Assembly (NCBI RefSeq): GCF_006345805.1
Contig: NW_021835996.1
Coordinates: 310,001 to 374,000, forward strand
Direction of reading: 5' to 3'
Length of the DNA: 64,000 bases
From: Octopus sinensis
Lineage: Eukaryota
Made by a program: the position numbers and the translations under genes. Below the pieces are notes generated by a model. That model worked only from the letters and a program-made list of their open reading frames with translations, was not told where the DNA came from and searched no databases. Shown here one piece after another: positions 1-12,552 of the stretch. Every line of letters begins with the position of its first letter. The first letter of the stretch is position 1.

Positions 1-1070
1 CTGCACTCCATCAACGTCAAATACTGTAGACCGTCCACCCGCTATGCAATCTGGATATTATCAACGGGAATGTCACATTTATAAACATGCCAAAAACCAA
101 TGCTTCTCGAATATTCTCAGATTTTAGCTGTTGGTGAAGATTCTTTTGCTTGCAGTCCACTTTGGGAAGTTTAAAAAGATTGGCTAATTGTCGTCCGATG
201 TGTGTGGCCTCGACCATATTTCGTAGTTGATGTAATGCTTGTAACACCAGTCTTCATCCTCGTCGTCTAAACACTCATTTGTGCTCGTTCACTCTCTGTG
301 AGAGCATCATCAGTGTCAGATGCTCTCCGTCGGGGTGGGCAATAGTCCTTGCCTGAGTGAAGAAAACATGGAAGGACTGAAATGTGAATAAAACATATCT
401 TCCAGCATGGACACAATTTGGAGTAGAAATTTCCGTCAGAATGAGGGAGTCTTCTCGAGTGACTGGATCAAACAACTACAAATAGCACGTAACCATACCT
501 TCTGCCTACATAGTTCAGTATCTACCACATAAGACGAGAATGTCACCACTTTCATTTTTTCGGTGTATTTTGGTGACCACATTGAGGCCTGCCTTCAAAT
601 AATCATTTTCCGGGAATAAAGAGTAGATGATGTCGACTGAGTCCACTCTTCCACTAATTCTGATGATAGGAATGTTGTGGAAATATTTTTGGAACTTGTC
701 CGTATCCAACGTGGCACTCATAATGATAATTCTGAAGACTGGTTAATTTGCAAATATTTTCTTGACAACCTCCGATGGAGACTGTCCTTTCGTGGACCTC
801 ATCCAGGAGGACAACTCCGTATTTCTCCAAATTATTTTCCGACAAAACTTCTTTGAGCAACACTCCGTAGGTCAAATACTTTATAATAGTTTGAAGTGCA
901 ATTGTCAACCCGAATAGAGTACCACACCGCATGTCCCAACTCCACGTCCATTTCTTTCGCAACCCGCCCGGCAGTTTCTCCCAATATGCACATGACTGGG
1001 TATTTATTCAGTTTGTCCATAATTTTGGTTGTTTCTTTATAGACGGGAAGCTGGGACCTGTTTTTTAAAA
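1..1070 (-). pseudogene. DEAH-box RNA helicase (Prp43/DHX15-like) pseudogene, runs off window start
   Basis: Pieces in several frames: RSQLPVY, RVAKEMDVELG..V.YSIR, LLDEVHERT, MSATLD..KFQKYF, GDILV, AHPDGEHLTL. Walker A/QPRR block is missing (ILGET runs straight into AGRVAKEM), most of RecA2/HA2 is missing, and there are frameshifts. A 24-nt GT-AG intron remains near 475-498. Confidence 0.75.
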
Positions 1071-1116
1071 TAAATAAAGAAATAAAACAGGAAAGTAATG
1101 TTTGTAAATGTGCTAA

Positions 1117-1736
1117 TTAAATTATAATCTCAGTGATGGCCAGCAAAAAATCCTGAAACTCCATAACCCCATTTCCATCCATGTTGGTGTCATAACACTT
1201 GAATCGTTCAGTCAGGGACTATAATGAAGAAGACAGTACAACCTCAATAATGATGATAGTCTTGACGTACTGATCAAATCCCAGTCCGCGACCATCCCCG
1301 TCCCCCATTCGAACAACACTCGTGAAGAAATCAGGGCTGAATCGGTAGCCTGAAATGAAACAGACACAACTGACCTCGCAACTGGAGCAAATGCATCATT
1401 TCGGTGGCATTGATCAGACCCGACTTATCCCGGTCGGCCTGACGGAAGTCGTTGGTCCATCGCTGAACTTTGGTGTAAAGATCGGTAAATTGTTGAGGGT
1501 TGACGAACCCTGAGTTTGTTTTGTCGACGGTTTCTAGTTGCACAACCAAGCATACTTATCATTAGACTTTCGTCGTTGAATTCTTTCCGAACTCCTGCAG
1601 ACTATAAGGGGAGGACTACCGTTGGCGAGGGCTCTTTTGAGTTCGGATGCCGTCAGACGACCGTCCCCGTTTACGTCAATACTAGTCAATACAGTAAACT
1701 GGCTTACGATCTGAACAAGGAATACGCATCACACAT
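1117..1736 (-). CDS. Penta-EF-hand calcium-binding protein (ALG-2/PDCD6/peflin-like), 6 exons
   Basis: Removing GT-AG introns 1682-1707, 1595-1619, 1534-1555, 1350-1374 and 1219-1242 (26, 25, 22, 25, 24 nt) gives one ORF: MCDAYSLFRSIDVNGDGRLTASELKRALANG..VDKTNSGFVN..DRDKSGLINATEM..GYRFS..FDQYV..LTERFKCYDTNMDG..*. EF-hand loops have PEF spacing. Confidence 0.85.
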
Positions 1737-1801
1737 TAGTTGGATTTTCTCAATATGAAAATAAATACAAAATGTCAATTCCAGAAAAATGTTAACTAAG
1801 G

Positions 1802-2168
1802 TCAATAAGAAGAAGAACTGATGGCGATCCTGTTTCCCCTCACTATTGCTTGGGACACGTTCTGGAGGAGCCATCTCGTCTCCAGAGGATTGTGTGTTCT
1901 CAAGGTCTTGAGATGTCCAATACACTTGAGGAAGCACAACGACTCCTTCCCAATAGATCCCAGGGTTTCGACAGTAATCGGCTGGAAAACGTAACGATCG
2001 GTGAGCCCATCATATTTCTTCTTCTTGATGTCTTCTGCTTTATCCGCAGCTGTGCCGGCATTACAGGCACTTTCCAACATGTTTGTCTTGGACAAGGAGT
2101 CGGAACATGTTGAATCCCATACGAGAGGCTTTCCTTCCAAAAACGGAAAGATAGTCATCCCGATGGAG
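1802..2168 (-). mobile_element. CRE-like non-LTR retrotransposon 3' fragment (RLE endonuclease)
   Basis: GMTIFPF..GKPLVWDSTC..A..AE..K..KY...F.P..VETLG..AIVRGN motif string. Confidence 0.85.
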
Positions 2169-2547
2169 ACTGTCTCAATTATCTCAATTATAAACATTTT
2201 TTATTCAACAAACATTTTATGTTTATGTAACTAATTAACTCTTTTTCAAGGGCCATTCAAGTATTTTTCCTAGTAGTGCTGAAAAAGAGTCTCAAAACCT
2301 GAAGATTCAATATAAAGACAAAATAAAGATCTATGTTGAAGAGTGCATCTCTGCAATTAACTAACTTGTAGAACTAGCATGGTGCGACTAAAAGAAGAAA
2401 GATTGCCGACGATCTGGATTGAAAGATTTAATTGGATAGTAAATTAATAACTTTTTCTAATCTCATTTAAATTGCCTATCAAGTTATTTAACTAATTAAT
2501 AATGCAGAAAACTTCTAAGTCAAAAAAAATTATGTAAAAAACATTAT

Positions 2548-4339
2548 TCATAAATCAGCGAGTACATCACGACATGTTTCACAAGTGTCTTGAATATTGT
2601 CCTGCTTTTCTCCACAATACTGGCAATATACTAGCTGAGTACCTTGCAATGGGAAGGAGAGACGTCCTCACAGGAAAGAGCTTTAGTAAGACATTTCCAC
2701 TGTTCATCTACGGAAAGTGAGGAGTCAACGTAGATTTGAGTATGATGTGGAGCGTATTTCATCTCCGCCGCATTAGGGGACGTGAGAAAGACACCAAAAT
2801 AAATGTTTGAGTAGCCCAGGGAGCGGAGGCGTCGACCGATATGTTCTAACTGAGGGGGAACAATGATGGAAGTTGTTGTATCAACTCTGGTCCCTTCAGA
2901 TGAATTGTTGGAATCAGTCAAGTACACACACTCGCGAGAGATCACCGATTCTGTTGCACAGTTGAATATCCTCTCCAATAGTTCCAATCGTTTAAAGATG
3001 TCAATACACACAAAGGCGTCGTTGGCTGAAAAAATTGTATAATCACCAACCAGCATAATTTTTTTGGGCAATACTGAGCGGGCGAGTCGTCCAATCGGAT
3101 TTCCTCACACTTTTATTCAATGTGCGTCTAAGAACAGAATAAGTTAGGGCGGCCAATCCCCCTCCGTGCCCGTCCCCCAACGAGGCTATATTTGGAGACT
3201 GAGTACACAGTCTAAATTGACTCATTGACTGCCAATTATCCGTTTATTTAACTTTCTTAGAAAATATCTTGAGGTCAGTTTTAGGTGTGAGAACGACAGT
3301 TCTCCCAATGTGGTTAGACAACACTTTCTCTTCCATCACCATGTCGAACCCTCAGAATGACTCACCACTTATACCAATTTTATGCACTGAACCATTGTGT
3401 GCAACTTGTCTAACAAATTCCTCCCACACCGATGAGAAAGGGATCGCCTGACAGTCCACTAAATAAATGACGTCGGTAACTGCCAGCTGGACAAGTTGCA
3501 GCCCACTAACACAAATCAGTCGTAATGCCAACCCATTAGGGCAATATTCCGTGTCTATCCCAAGCAGTGATTTAGACTGGGCGATATGGCGTATTGCCTC
3601 AGAAAATGCAGCTTGGCAATCAACATAGACCACCCGTACGTTATGATTGTAGCCCATTGCACTAATGTAGTTTAAATTCTAGGAAAACTTCAGTCGAGAT
3701 ATGAGTCCCTCCAACCCGTCGACAGTGAGTGGGCACTGCAGTGGAACACTTTCCGTTAGCTCGTGGAGTTGCATCGAGTATAATTTGCATATTCGGTTAG
3801 TCAACAATGCTCTCATTGGAGGGTTCAGTTGTTCCAAAACAGAAACGGTGTGATTACTGAGAGGAAGACGAGGCCCTTGAGCCATTAGATGGGGTTTTAA
3901 TGCACTCCATATCAAATAGACTGACGCATGGGGGATTACCTCTTTAAGTCAGTCAGTGCATATTAACCAGGACTCAGGTCGTAGTCTCTGCACTTGGTAA
4001 GAAGAAATAAGGCAAGGTTGCGCAAGTGGATGTAAAAAGACATTTTCTTTTCGCTTTTCTTATTAGCCCTTGCTAGTAAGAAAAAAAATTAGACCAGGCA
4101 GTGGTATAGTAGTAGTCAAAATATTTGATTATTTCCTTCTTGTCGTTGTAAAGTGATACAATGTCCCCCAACTTATCATATTGTTCGTTCTGCATGTACT
4201 TACTCAGTATTTTTAGTGGAGCAAATTTTACATGTCCATTCTCCGAATGCACGTATCTGTGTCCAAATAATTCTCCATGTCTAAGCTCTCTCAACACATT
4301 TCTTGCCAAATGCCACGAGAAACCACCAAAATTCCTCAT
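2548..4339 (-). CDS. EXD3: mut-7/Nibbler-like 3'-5' exonuclease (DEDDy plus Mut7-C), multi-exon
   Basis: ExoI LLGIDTEY; LQLVQLA; GLAALTYSVLRRTLNKSVRKSDWTTRPLS..Q..YA/ANDA (ExoIII); Mut7-C-like L..IGRRLRSLG. After a 23-nt intron (2620-2642) a C-terminal CxxC..CxxC ends at TGA 2548-2550. Internal exon boundaries are only partly resolved. Confidence 0.8.
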
Positions 4340-5092
4340 TTAAAATAGTTTATTAGTTTATTTAAAGATTTTTGCTGAAAGAATTAAACTTGAGAAGTAA
4401 TAAATCATAACGCTCTGAAAATGTCAACCTCTTAACTTGGTATTTAATATCTCTCATTTTATTGTAGGTCACAATCATTTAAAGAACTGACTCTCAATTT
4501 TGAGACGTAAATGGGCAGCACTGTTCTGAAAATGTGTTGCTACTTCAAATTCCGCGATCTTTTATAGTGGTGAGGCAGAGGTGCCCAACTTACGGCCGAA
4601 TACTGTTTTACTCACCCCGCAAGAATATTTATGATTAATGACGGTAAATTTAATCAGAGGAAGACCGTTGTTAAACCGTCAATTCAAGACATTTCTGGAC
4701 GTTTTTGAAGCTAAATAAAAAGATGTGCCGTATCAAAATAATTTTGGGTCGTTTAATTATAGAAACGTGTTAAGGAGAGTTTGAATTAATGGGTGTTTCC
4801 TTTTCTTCCTTGATAATAAAAGAATTACATGTGATGTTATAGAAAAAAATAATAATTGATGATTGGTTATTTGATTTTATGTTTGCAACTTGAATTTTTT
4901 GATAACTCCATTCTTTAAATTTAGAATTAGAACAAAAAAATTATTTGTCTATGAGTATGACATTCATCATTTAAAACAACTATACCCCAATTGAAGAATT
5001 AACTAATTCTTGATTCTGGTCTCCAGAAATTTTTCTTTCTTAGAAGAACTGTCTACCAACGTCATTTCAGCCAACTGGCTGGTTGCCGTAAT

Positions 5093-5228
5093 CAATCCTT
5101 CTTGAGGCGTATGAATTCCATCCCTATGCTTCATCACAATGCTTTCCTTCTTGAGGCGTATGAATCCTTCTTCACAATCCTTCTTGAGGCGTATGAATTC
5201 CATCCCTATGCTTCACCACAATGCTTTC
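5093..5228. repeat. Local duplication: ~54-bp unit twice, with a partial copy between
   Basis: caatccttcttgaggcgtatgaattccatccctatgcttca(t/c)cacaatgctttc at about 5093 and 5175. Confidence 0.8.
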
Positions 5229-6319
5229 TAGTGTCTTCTTCATAACAAGTGCCTGAATGTATGTTCTCGTCTGGCCTTGAACAGATAATTTTTCCATATA
5301 GGCCTGGTAACACGTTAAAACCACCCCGTCCCATGTTAGCATAATTGGAATAATCTCCACAGGTTCCTCGTGAAGTTATCTTTAGTTCTCCAGCCAGAAG
5401 ATTGTATTTATATAATTTTTTCACTTCAGTTTGCCTGTGTTTCTCCTGCGATGTAATTCCCATTTCAAATATGGTGTCTCATTCTTCAGCTTGTCGTAGA
5501 TAAAGATATTTGGCTTATTGAACTGAACTTTGGTATCTGTCAATATTGATGCATCCACCCGTGTCTTGATATTTTGGGTCGATGAACTGGATTGTACTGT
5601 TTTCTTCAGACATTTTATAGTCAACCTTGGAATTCTTTTCACGTCTGAACAAGACAGAATAAAATGACTTGTTCTTAATTTAGTTCGATTAATATTCCAC
5701 GTGAGCCTCCCTCAGGGATTTTGCAGTGATAAATTGTTTATCAGCCATTCCATATTTAGAAACAAGAAATCCTGGATATGTCGTCACATGCAGTTTCTGA
5801 TTTTTAATCACTCGCAGGATCCTAAACCTCCTGAGACAAATAGTCACTTTTTCTTCAAGGTGTCCAAAAACTGAAGCACCATTAATTCATTCTTAAAAGC
5901 AATTGATGTCAACCCCCATCCTATGCTCTTTCTTGAAAGGTATAGTTGCTCTTTATTGGCTGGCTTCAGGTGTATTTTCAGTTTGGTAAGCAGTCTTCGT
6001 ATTTGGAAATCAATATCATCAAATTCAAAAGATTCAATATTGATTAATCTAATTTAGTAATTATATAGACAGGGCATACTCATTAGTTACTTTGAAAAGG
6101 TTCGCAGAGTTGTGTTTTTTTTTACGTTGCTTCCCCGGTCTTCAAGAACTTCTAAATATCGATAGCCTTCGACTCCATCTAAAGTTCTGCAGTTCTCCAA
6201 TGATTCTAGATTAGTCACAGACTTCTGACAATTCATCTTATGCCCCGCAACTTCAAATTACTCAACAATAGTATCTATAATTTTTATCACAGTACCTTCT
6301 TTTTGTGCAAGTATCTTTA

Positions 6320-6696
6320 TTATTATTGAAATCAAGATCACCGTCCAAAACATAGAACTAATTAATCAGGTGATCCCGGCTTCTCTGAGGAGGGTCCTCA
6401 TCTTTGCATGGTGCTGCTCCCTAGTCCCGACACAGTATCTATGAGGTCGCGGTGGTGGAGTTTTAGGACCTGTAGGCCCAGGGTTCCTTCCCAAGATTTC
6501 TTTAAATGAGGCGATGAATAGATGTTCATTCGGTCCTTGTAGTGCTTTCCGAAATCTTTCTTGAGTTTTTTTCGATTTTTTCGCGGTTCGTTTCACTGAC
6601 AAACTCTCCCTACGCCCCACAAGTATAACTAATGGAGGGTTCGATGTATTGCCAGTAGATTGATTGGCGTGGTGGGAAGCTGATCCATTGTTTGCA
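6320..6696 (-). mobile_element. 5'-truncated LINE nested in the RLE element, with 16-bp TSD
   Basis: Direct repeat tgtgcaagtatcttta at 6304-6319 and 6697-6712; short (TAA)n tail; ORF ends MRTLLREAGIT*, like MRRFLKEAGIT* of the LINE near 29765. Confidence 0.85.
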
Positions 6697-7287
6697 TGTG
6701 CAAGTATCTTTAGATCATCAACAAAGAATAAATGGTTCATAGAGTATGTCAACATATTAGAATCTTCCTGATTAATCAAAAGTTTTGAAAATTTAGAATT
6801 AAGTATTTTGCTCAGTTGATCCATTACTAATAAGAATAATTGCAGGGATAAGGCGTCTTCTTTGAAAATTCCACAATTTAATTTATCTGTCATTTTTCTT
6901 TTTTTCAAAATGAAGACAACCACTTCACCTTTTTACTAAACTTTTTATAAAGTTGACTATCCATTAAGGAATTTTCCACAATCTACCACATAAAACATGA
7001 ATTCGTGATCCACCGAATCAAAGGGTTTTTTAACATCCTCCCATGATTCAGGTTATATAGCAAAAAATTTGTCCTCAGTCAAATTTGATATATTCAGAAT
7101 GATAAAATAAAATTAGATATATTGACCTAAATGATTGATAAACATTAATTAAATATGACACTAGTAAAGTGAATTTAGAAACAATATACAAAAATAGCAA
7201 AAATATCTTCGTAATTCATAAAAAATTAATTAATTACTGAATATATAAGGGAATAGAAACCGAATTGATAAATGATGTTGTCCTTAT

Positions 7288-7653
7288 ATGGTAATATTTA
7301 CCAAAGTTAGAAATATAGTGATTATTGGAGTCCTTTTTACATGCCAACTTGCGAATTGTCTGGATAAACAAAAATGTGCTGAAGCAATAAATCAACTGGA
7401 ATGCATAAACGACAGTATTAATATGGCAGAAAAAGCAAAACTAAATCAACTAAAACTGTCGGAATTTGCTGAAATATATGGGAGATGCCTAAGCGAAGGA
7501 GCTAGTTGTGTATTCGATTTTAAGTTTAAAGGTAAACGCAATGGTTTTGACTATTTCGGAAATCTGAGATTGGGAAAAAAACAAATAAACGTTTTTTTTA
7601 TTTATCAGATTATAGGAAAATTGAGGAACGCTAATTTAATACTAACAAACTAA
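7288..7653 (+). CDS. Orphan small Cys-containing protein with probable signal peptide
   Basis: 121-aa ATG ORF with basic plus hydrophobic N-terminus (KVRNIVIIGVLFTCQLANC) and several Cys; TATATAAG at about 7242; no family recognised. Confidence 0.45.
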   Translation: MVIFTKVRNIVIIGVLFTCQLANCLDKQKCAEAINQLECINDSINMAEKAKLNQLKLSEFAEIYGRCLSEGASCVFDFKFKGKRNGFDYFGNLRLGKKQINVFFIYQIIGKLRNANLILTN

Positions 7654-8227
7654 CTTAAAATCAGTATTTTCTCATATTACTAATTTGCTAATACAAATAA
7701 TAAAATAATTTTTACTATTTCTTTTCTATAAATAACATTTCATTTGTCGATGTGATGTACGTCACCTCGTGGTGACATTTGGTTACTATGCTATACATAG
7801 CAATAAAAAGACCCACGCTTTCCCCCCATTGTACTCCCTATTCTGAGGGGTCTCTTGACACCAATTGAGCGAGCCAAAACTCCCTCTTTCCGAATCCTTT
7901 CTCCTTTTGTGGAAACATTGAGAATAACGGCCCCTATAGACGTAGAAAACTAAACTCCTTCAATTAAATATCAATAACATCCCTCGAAAATGTACTGAAC
8001 CTGCTTTTGTTCTCTATGCCGATAACATTGATGTTGCCCTCCTTAAGAAACTATACCATTTCATATACTTAATGATTTTTATAAAAAAATTAGCGCCAAA
8101 CTATGTGGAATCAATAACAAACTAAGTGGAACTAGCAGTAAATTATGTGGGTTTAATAACGAACTAAATGGGATCAATAAAGGATTACGTTTATTATAAA
8201 TATTATATCTCGATCCTCGAATAAAAA

Positions 8228-8640
8228 TGCCACGCAAATCATTTAAAGAGAGACATCAATTGCATGAAAATAAAATGGATTTAATTTCAGCTGCAGAATC
8301 AGGTGGGAATTGGAAAAAACGGCAATTGAACTCAATATCTCGAGAAAAACAGCATTTCGTTGAATAAAGGATGGAGTTGAACCTGACACGAGAGGTGGAA
8401 ATTATAGAAAAAAGATTAACAAGGAACATGCCCACTTTATTATATCATGCATCGAAGACGATAACACAATTATTCTTATTGGAATAAAACAAAAATTTGA
8501 ATTGCATTTCCCGAAATTATAAGACTAAGTATCGCTCGAAATCTCGATCAAAATCCGTATACATTAATAAAATCGAGATTCGAGCGTGAAAAAGCTAATT
8601 ATGAAACTAACAAAATTAAGATAAACAATATTGTTAACAA
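8228..8640 (+). mobile_element. Degenerate IS630/Tc1-like transposase N-terminal fragment
   Basis: MPRKSF..AAESGGNW..ELNISRKTAFR*..RGGNYRKKI..IISCIEDDNTI, with stops and frameshifts; HTH/RGG pattern. Confidence 0.55.
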
Positions 8641-9316
8641 AAAATTTTGGACAGTAGGAGCTAGACAGTGACGAGTAAGCCGATGATAGGGACGAGTAGA
8701 AATTGTCAAGTTCCTCTGAGTTGACGGATACCCTCATTGTAGTCGGTGCATATATACATTAATAATCAATAGAGTTGTATTGGGATTGTTTCTAAAACGT
8801 AGTCGGAGGATGGCAATTATATCGTTGATACTCCATGCTCTGTAAGTTAACACAGAAGCCAATAGGAGCAGTCGGTACTCGTTCATCTTTTCATCAAGGC
8901 CGTTGGAGATTTTATTCTTCTGTTGACAGTATACAGAAACTGCATATCGTTGTAAATCCGTACATATGTGTTGTTTTTTCAATGCGGACGTAATTCCTCT
9001 TATACAATCCAATAAAAAACGTCCTTGTGATTACGTAAGCTCATGTATCCCGCTTACCAGTACCTCCCAGTAGAAGATTTGACTTACCTGTAAAAAAGTT
9101 TGGCCACCTCAGTCGTTGGAAAAGTATCTTAAAACAGAACACTCACACTTACCGTGAAAACGTTAGTTTGTCCATTAGAACAAAAGATTTTAGATTGACC
9201 GTCAATCTTCAGTTTACTTGTTTTTACAGAGGTTCAAATTGTTTTCATTCTGATTTACCTTGTCATTTATGGTCGACTACATTGTCTTAAACGAGGTGTA
9301 GTTGAATTTAAAATAG

Positions 9317-9800
9317 TGATTACTTATGAAGACATAACAAAGTAGTGAGGTGTATACATCTGCATTTATGCACGAAGTATGGAATTAAGAATTCCAGGAG
9401 GTTGAAAACTCATTATGTTCAGTCAGTGGTTGCGAATAACTCTGTGGAGATTCGTGTTGATACGACAATAAGTACGAATTTGAGGGTCGAGTATAACAAG
9501 CCGGACATCTTCATACTCGACAAAATGAGGAACACAATCACGCTTATGGAGATTGGGATCACCTCCCAAAAAACCTAAAGCAAGTTGAGGTGAAAAAGCT
9601 CAATAAGCACGATTTGCTTGCCAGTAAACTGGGAGTAATCCATAACGCAAAGTTAACTATAGTACCACTTTTACTAACGTGGGACGGTGCTGTGAGTAAA
9701 TTCTACAAACATCAATTAGTCTCGAAGGACCCAGATCCAGCCTGTGGTCATCCGGTAAACATTGGAGAGCATGCGTACAGAATACAAGTTCTGTATTCCC
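9317..9800 (+). mobile_element. RLE-type non-LTR 3' fragment (related to 55303-58936)
   Basis: RHNKVVRCIHLHLC, VEIRVDTTI, YNKPDIF, EIGITSQ, LTWDG. Confidence 0.85.
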
Positions 9801-9985
9801 AGAGTGAGACCGTAGAATCAAACTCGAGAACAACCACAGAAATTGTCTGCCCTGTAAAATGGATAAATGTGTCTTTCAAAGACATTGGCTCGGGCTCGAA
9901 GAGGAAAAAAATCGACTGAAAGCAGACAAACTAATTTTATCCGGACTTTTCAATTTTGTTTTGAAACATAATTTAAATATTAAAG

Positions 9986-11100
9986 TCAGTAGTTAATGTG
10001 TCTAAGAAGACAACCAACAGCTCCAAAGTAACCCTTAAGTAGAGATAAGAATCAGGCACCTCATGTTTCAAGAAAAGTGCCTTAAGTGCAGTATTGGACC
10101 AGAATTCCAAAGAATTAGACAACTGCTGGAGAGCGAACTCGTTGATCCTCAGGAAATTGCCGACAAATACAATTCTATCGACTCCCTAAAATACATGACG
10201 AAAGTAGACTTGATTGACAGCACAAAGACGTGAAATAGAGGCCAGGTTGTTGCAAATCATAGTGAGAGTGGCGAGTGCAATATCCTCTCTCGTAGCTTGC
10301 TCCCTTGTAGAACTGTCGATCATATTGCCAAAACTATCGTGCGTGTAAGGAAATACCTGGAGGCCACTAAATAGCCAGGGAGATCCCACTCGACGTAGTC
10401 TCCACCATAAATGTCGCGGACAAGTTTGTCGACTCGACTGTTCTCGCCTCGGGCGGCCAAAGCAATGGCCTCCTCATAGTCGTGACAACCAATGAGAAGA
10501 GCACACAATCCTTGGAATGTACCGCCACCAAGTCTACTGGTATGTGTAAAATAAAATACCCAGAGCCACACACTCTCGAAAACTGATCCCTCGAATCCAC
10601 TCTCATAATGCTCACCCCCGAGCCCACATTGACCACTAAATACGGCCGGTGGTTGTCCAGGGAAACATAATGCTTATTGTAGTGGTAATCCAGGCAGTAG
10701 CACTCCCCTGATATGTCGTTCATGAAGTGCAGTCCTCGAATCACTGCTGTCAGCTCGTCCAGTCGCTCGAAGGAAGTCCCGATTGACTTGGATACTCTCA
10801 TTTGTGGATTACCTTCAACTCACTCTCAAACTTAAATGCTCCTCCGCCAGTACAGCACAAACCGTTCTCTATCCCCATCTGCCTCAAGACAGCAATTTTG
10901 TCAGGTAGTTCCGCAGTGGGGAATCGTATAAAGAGAAGTGACCCAGTCTGGTTGTTGAGTGTGACTTGAGCCACTTCTAAATGTTCTTCCACTTCGCAGC
11001 CCTCCACTCCCAAGAGTGTTTTGACGTGACCTGAGAGCGAAGGAGGAAGAAAACAGACCACTTTAGTGAGGGTTCCGCCCACGTCGATTCCACATTGCAT
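9986..11100 (-). CDS. PANK: Type II pantothenate kinase, multi-exon
   Basis: [73 protein letters not shown]; short GT-AG introns (e.g. 10034-10059, 26 nt). Confidence 0.92.
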
Positions 11101-11778
11101 GTAGTTTATTCAAATTAAAAGCAATTTAAGGATATTTGAAATAGTTCATCATTGGTGACTGTGCTCTGTCCACAGTTGACCATCAACATATTCGAGTAGG
11201 GATAATGATGACATTGACGGGTTAATAAATCGTGTATCAAAATTCAATTTGAGTGCACTGGACGATCGAAAAATGCATTTTCAAACGCAAATTGGAAGAA
11301 ATTCTTCAAATTAAGTTTCAGGAAGTCGGAATGTCGCGTTTCGACTAATACTTCAACTCATCTGCTAAATTCGAAGATAATTCTACTTGAACCAGCAAAA
11401 TGGGCGATTTCCCAGAATCCATTTTGTTTCTTACCTATTTTAGTGTTAGGGAACATGAAAACACACATAGAAGAGATCGATTACTATGTTAGATAGTTCT
11501 TGAGAATTAAATGAAGCAAATTGTAATTAAATTTTACTTAAAATTCAATTAAATAACTATAAATCATTTATTTCTTTTTAGATAGGTAATTCAGCATAGC
11601 CAGTAGGAATAACTACATCAGAGCTAACAAATACTTTTCTTTCTATTTTGAAAATTTCATAAACATGGGCACATGACCAGCTACATTGGGTCCTCGTAGT
11701 CCACAAAAGACTTTATAAAAAATATTTTGGAGGGTGGGTTGAATAGAAAAGACAGTTAATTTCTACATCCATCTAGAC

Positions 11779-12552
11779 CAGGGGTGCGCAAGTGCGGCCA
11801 CTCAGGTTTCATCGAGTGATCCCAGAGGATGATGTCGTCTGCATAAATTACCATTTCAGTACGAGCATTGACTGGCATGGACGCAGATGCCATAAAGACA
11901 TTAAAAAGCGTGGGACTCAGCACAGAGCCCTGAGGGACCCCGCGAAGGACTGTTCTGACTTTAGAAAAGACCCCCTGATGCCGCACGACTTGAACCCCGA
12001 CAGCCAGCGCCTTAGACACGGAGAGACCCCACACGTGGCAAAGGAGCTCCGGAGGCCGTCGTGCCACACCGAGTCGAAGGCCTTCTCGATGTCAAGACTA
12101 ACTAACATACCGCACTCTTTCTTCTGAAGAGCCCACTTCATTTCAGAAGACACCGTCCATAAGCACTCTCCACACGAACGACCCTCCCTAAAGCCCCATT
12201 GGAACTCGGGAAGGGCATCAGCCACCGTCAGCTCCTCCAAGCCTTCGGTGCATGATCCTTTCTAAAATTTTAGATACAGCGGGAAGCAAGAAAATGAGCC
12301 AGTATCCCCCGGAGACATCATGAGGCATCCTGGATTTTCCGATAAGGATTACCTCAGCCACTTTCCATCTAGAAGGAATCATCCCAAGTCGCAAGGTCCC
12401 GCTAAACAAGACCTGTAAGGCGGTGATGGCCGCAGGCGGTGTAAGGCGGTGATCAACAATATCGAAAAAATAATGCAGAAAATGTGCGGCCGTGGAAGAG
12501 AAGGAAAAAAAATGCTATGCGGCCGCAAACCAAAAAAGCTTGCGCACCCCTG
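11779..12552. mobile_element. Non-autonomous hAT (Buster-type) element, 774 bp, filled with a LINE RT fragment
   Basis: Perfect 14-bp TIR caggggtgcgcaag / cttgcgcacccctg; 8-bp TSD atctagac at 11771-11778 and 12553-12560; subterminal gcggcc motifs. Confidence 0.9.
11801..12440 (-). mobile_element. Internal LINE reverse-transcriptase fragment (frameshifted)
   Basis: PSRWKVAEVILIGK, QWGFREGRS, LDIEKAFDSVWH, GVPQGSVLSPTLFN, YADD. Confidence 0.88.

Larger units (their letters stand above)
5003..7050 (-). mobile_element. Degenerate RLE-type non-LTR retrotransposon (same family as 55303-58936)
   Basis: Frameshifted matches to the full-length copy: SVDHEF, INQEDSNMLTYSMNHLFFVDDLKI, VDASILTDTKVQFNKPNIF, GITSQ, IIPIMLTWDGVV, VDSSSK. 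Confidence 0.85.

Noticed and set aside
4576-4625. hAT-like end (cagaggtgcccaact); similar lone ends near 41920 and a pogo-like end near 27673
   Set aside because: No partner TIR or TSD found, so not annotated as elements.
11140-11510. Possible gene divergent from PANK
   Set aside because: One intron-like 21-nt segment, but I could not build a start-to-stop model or see homology.
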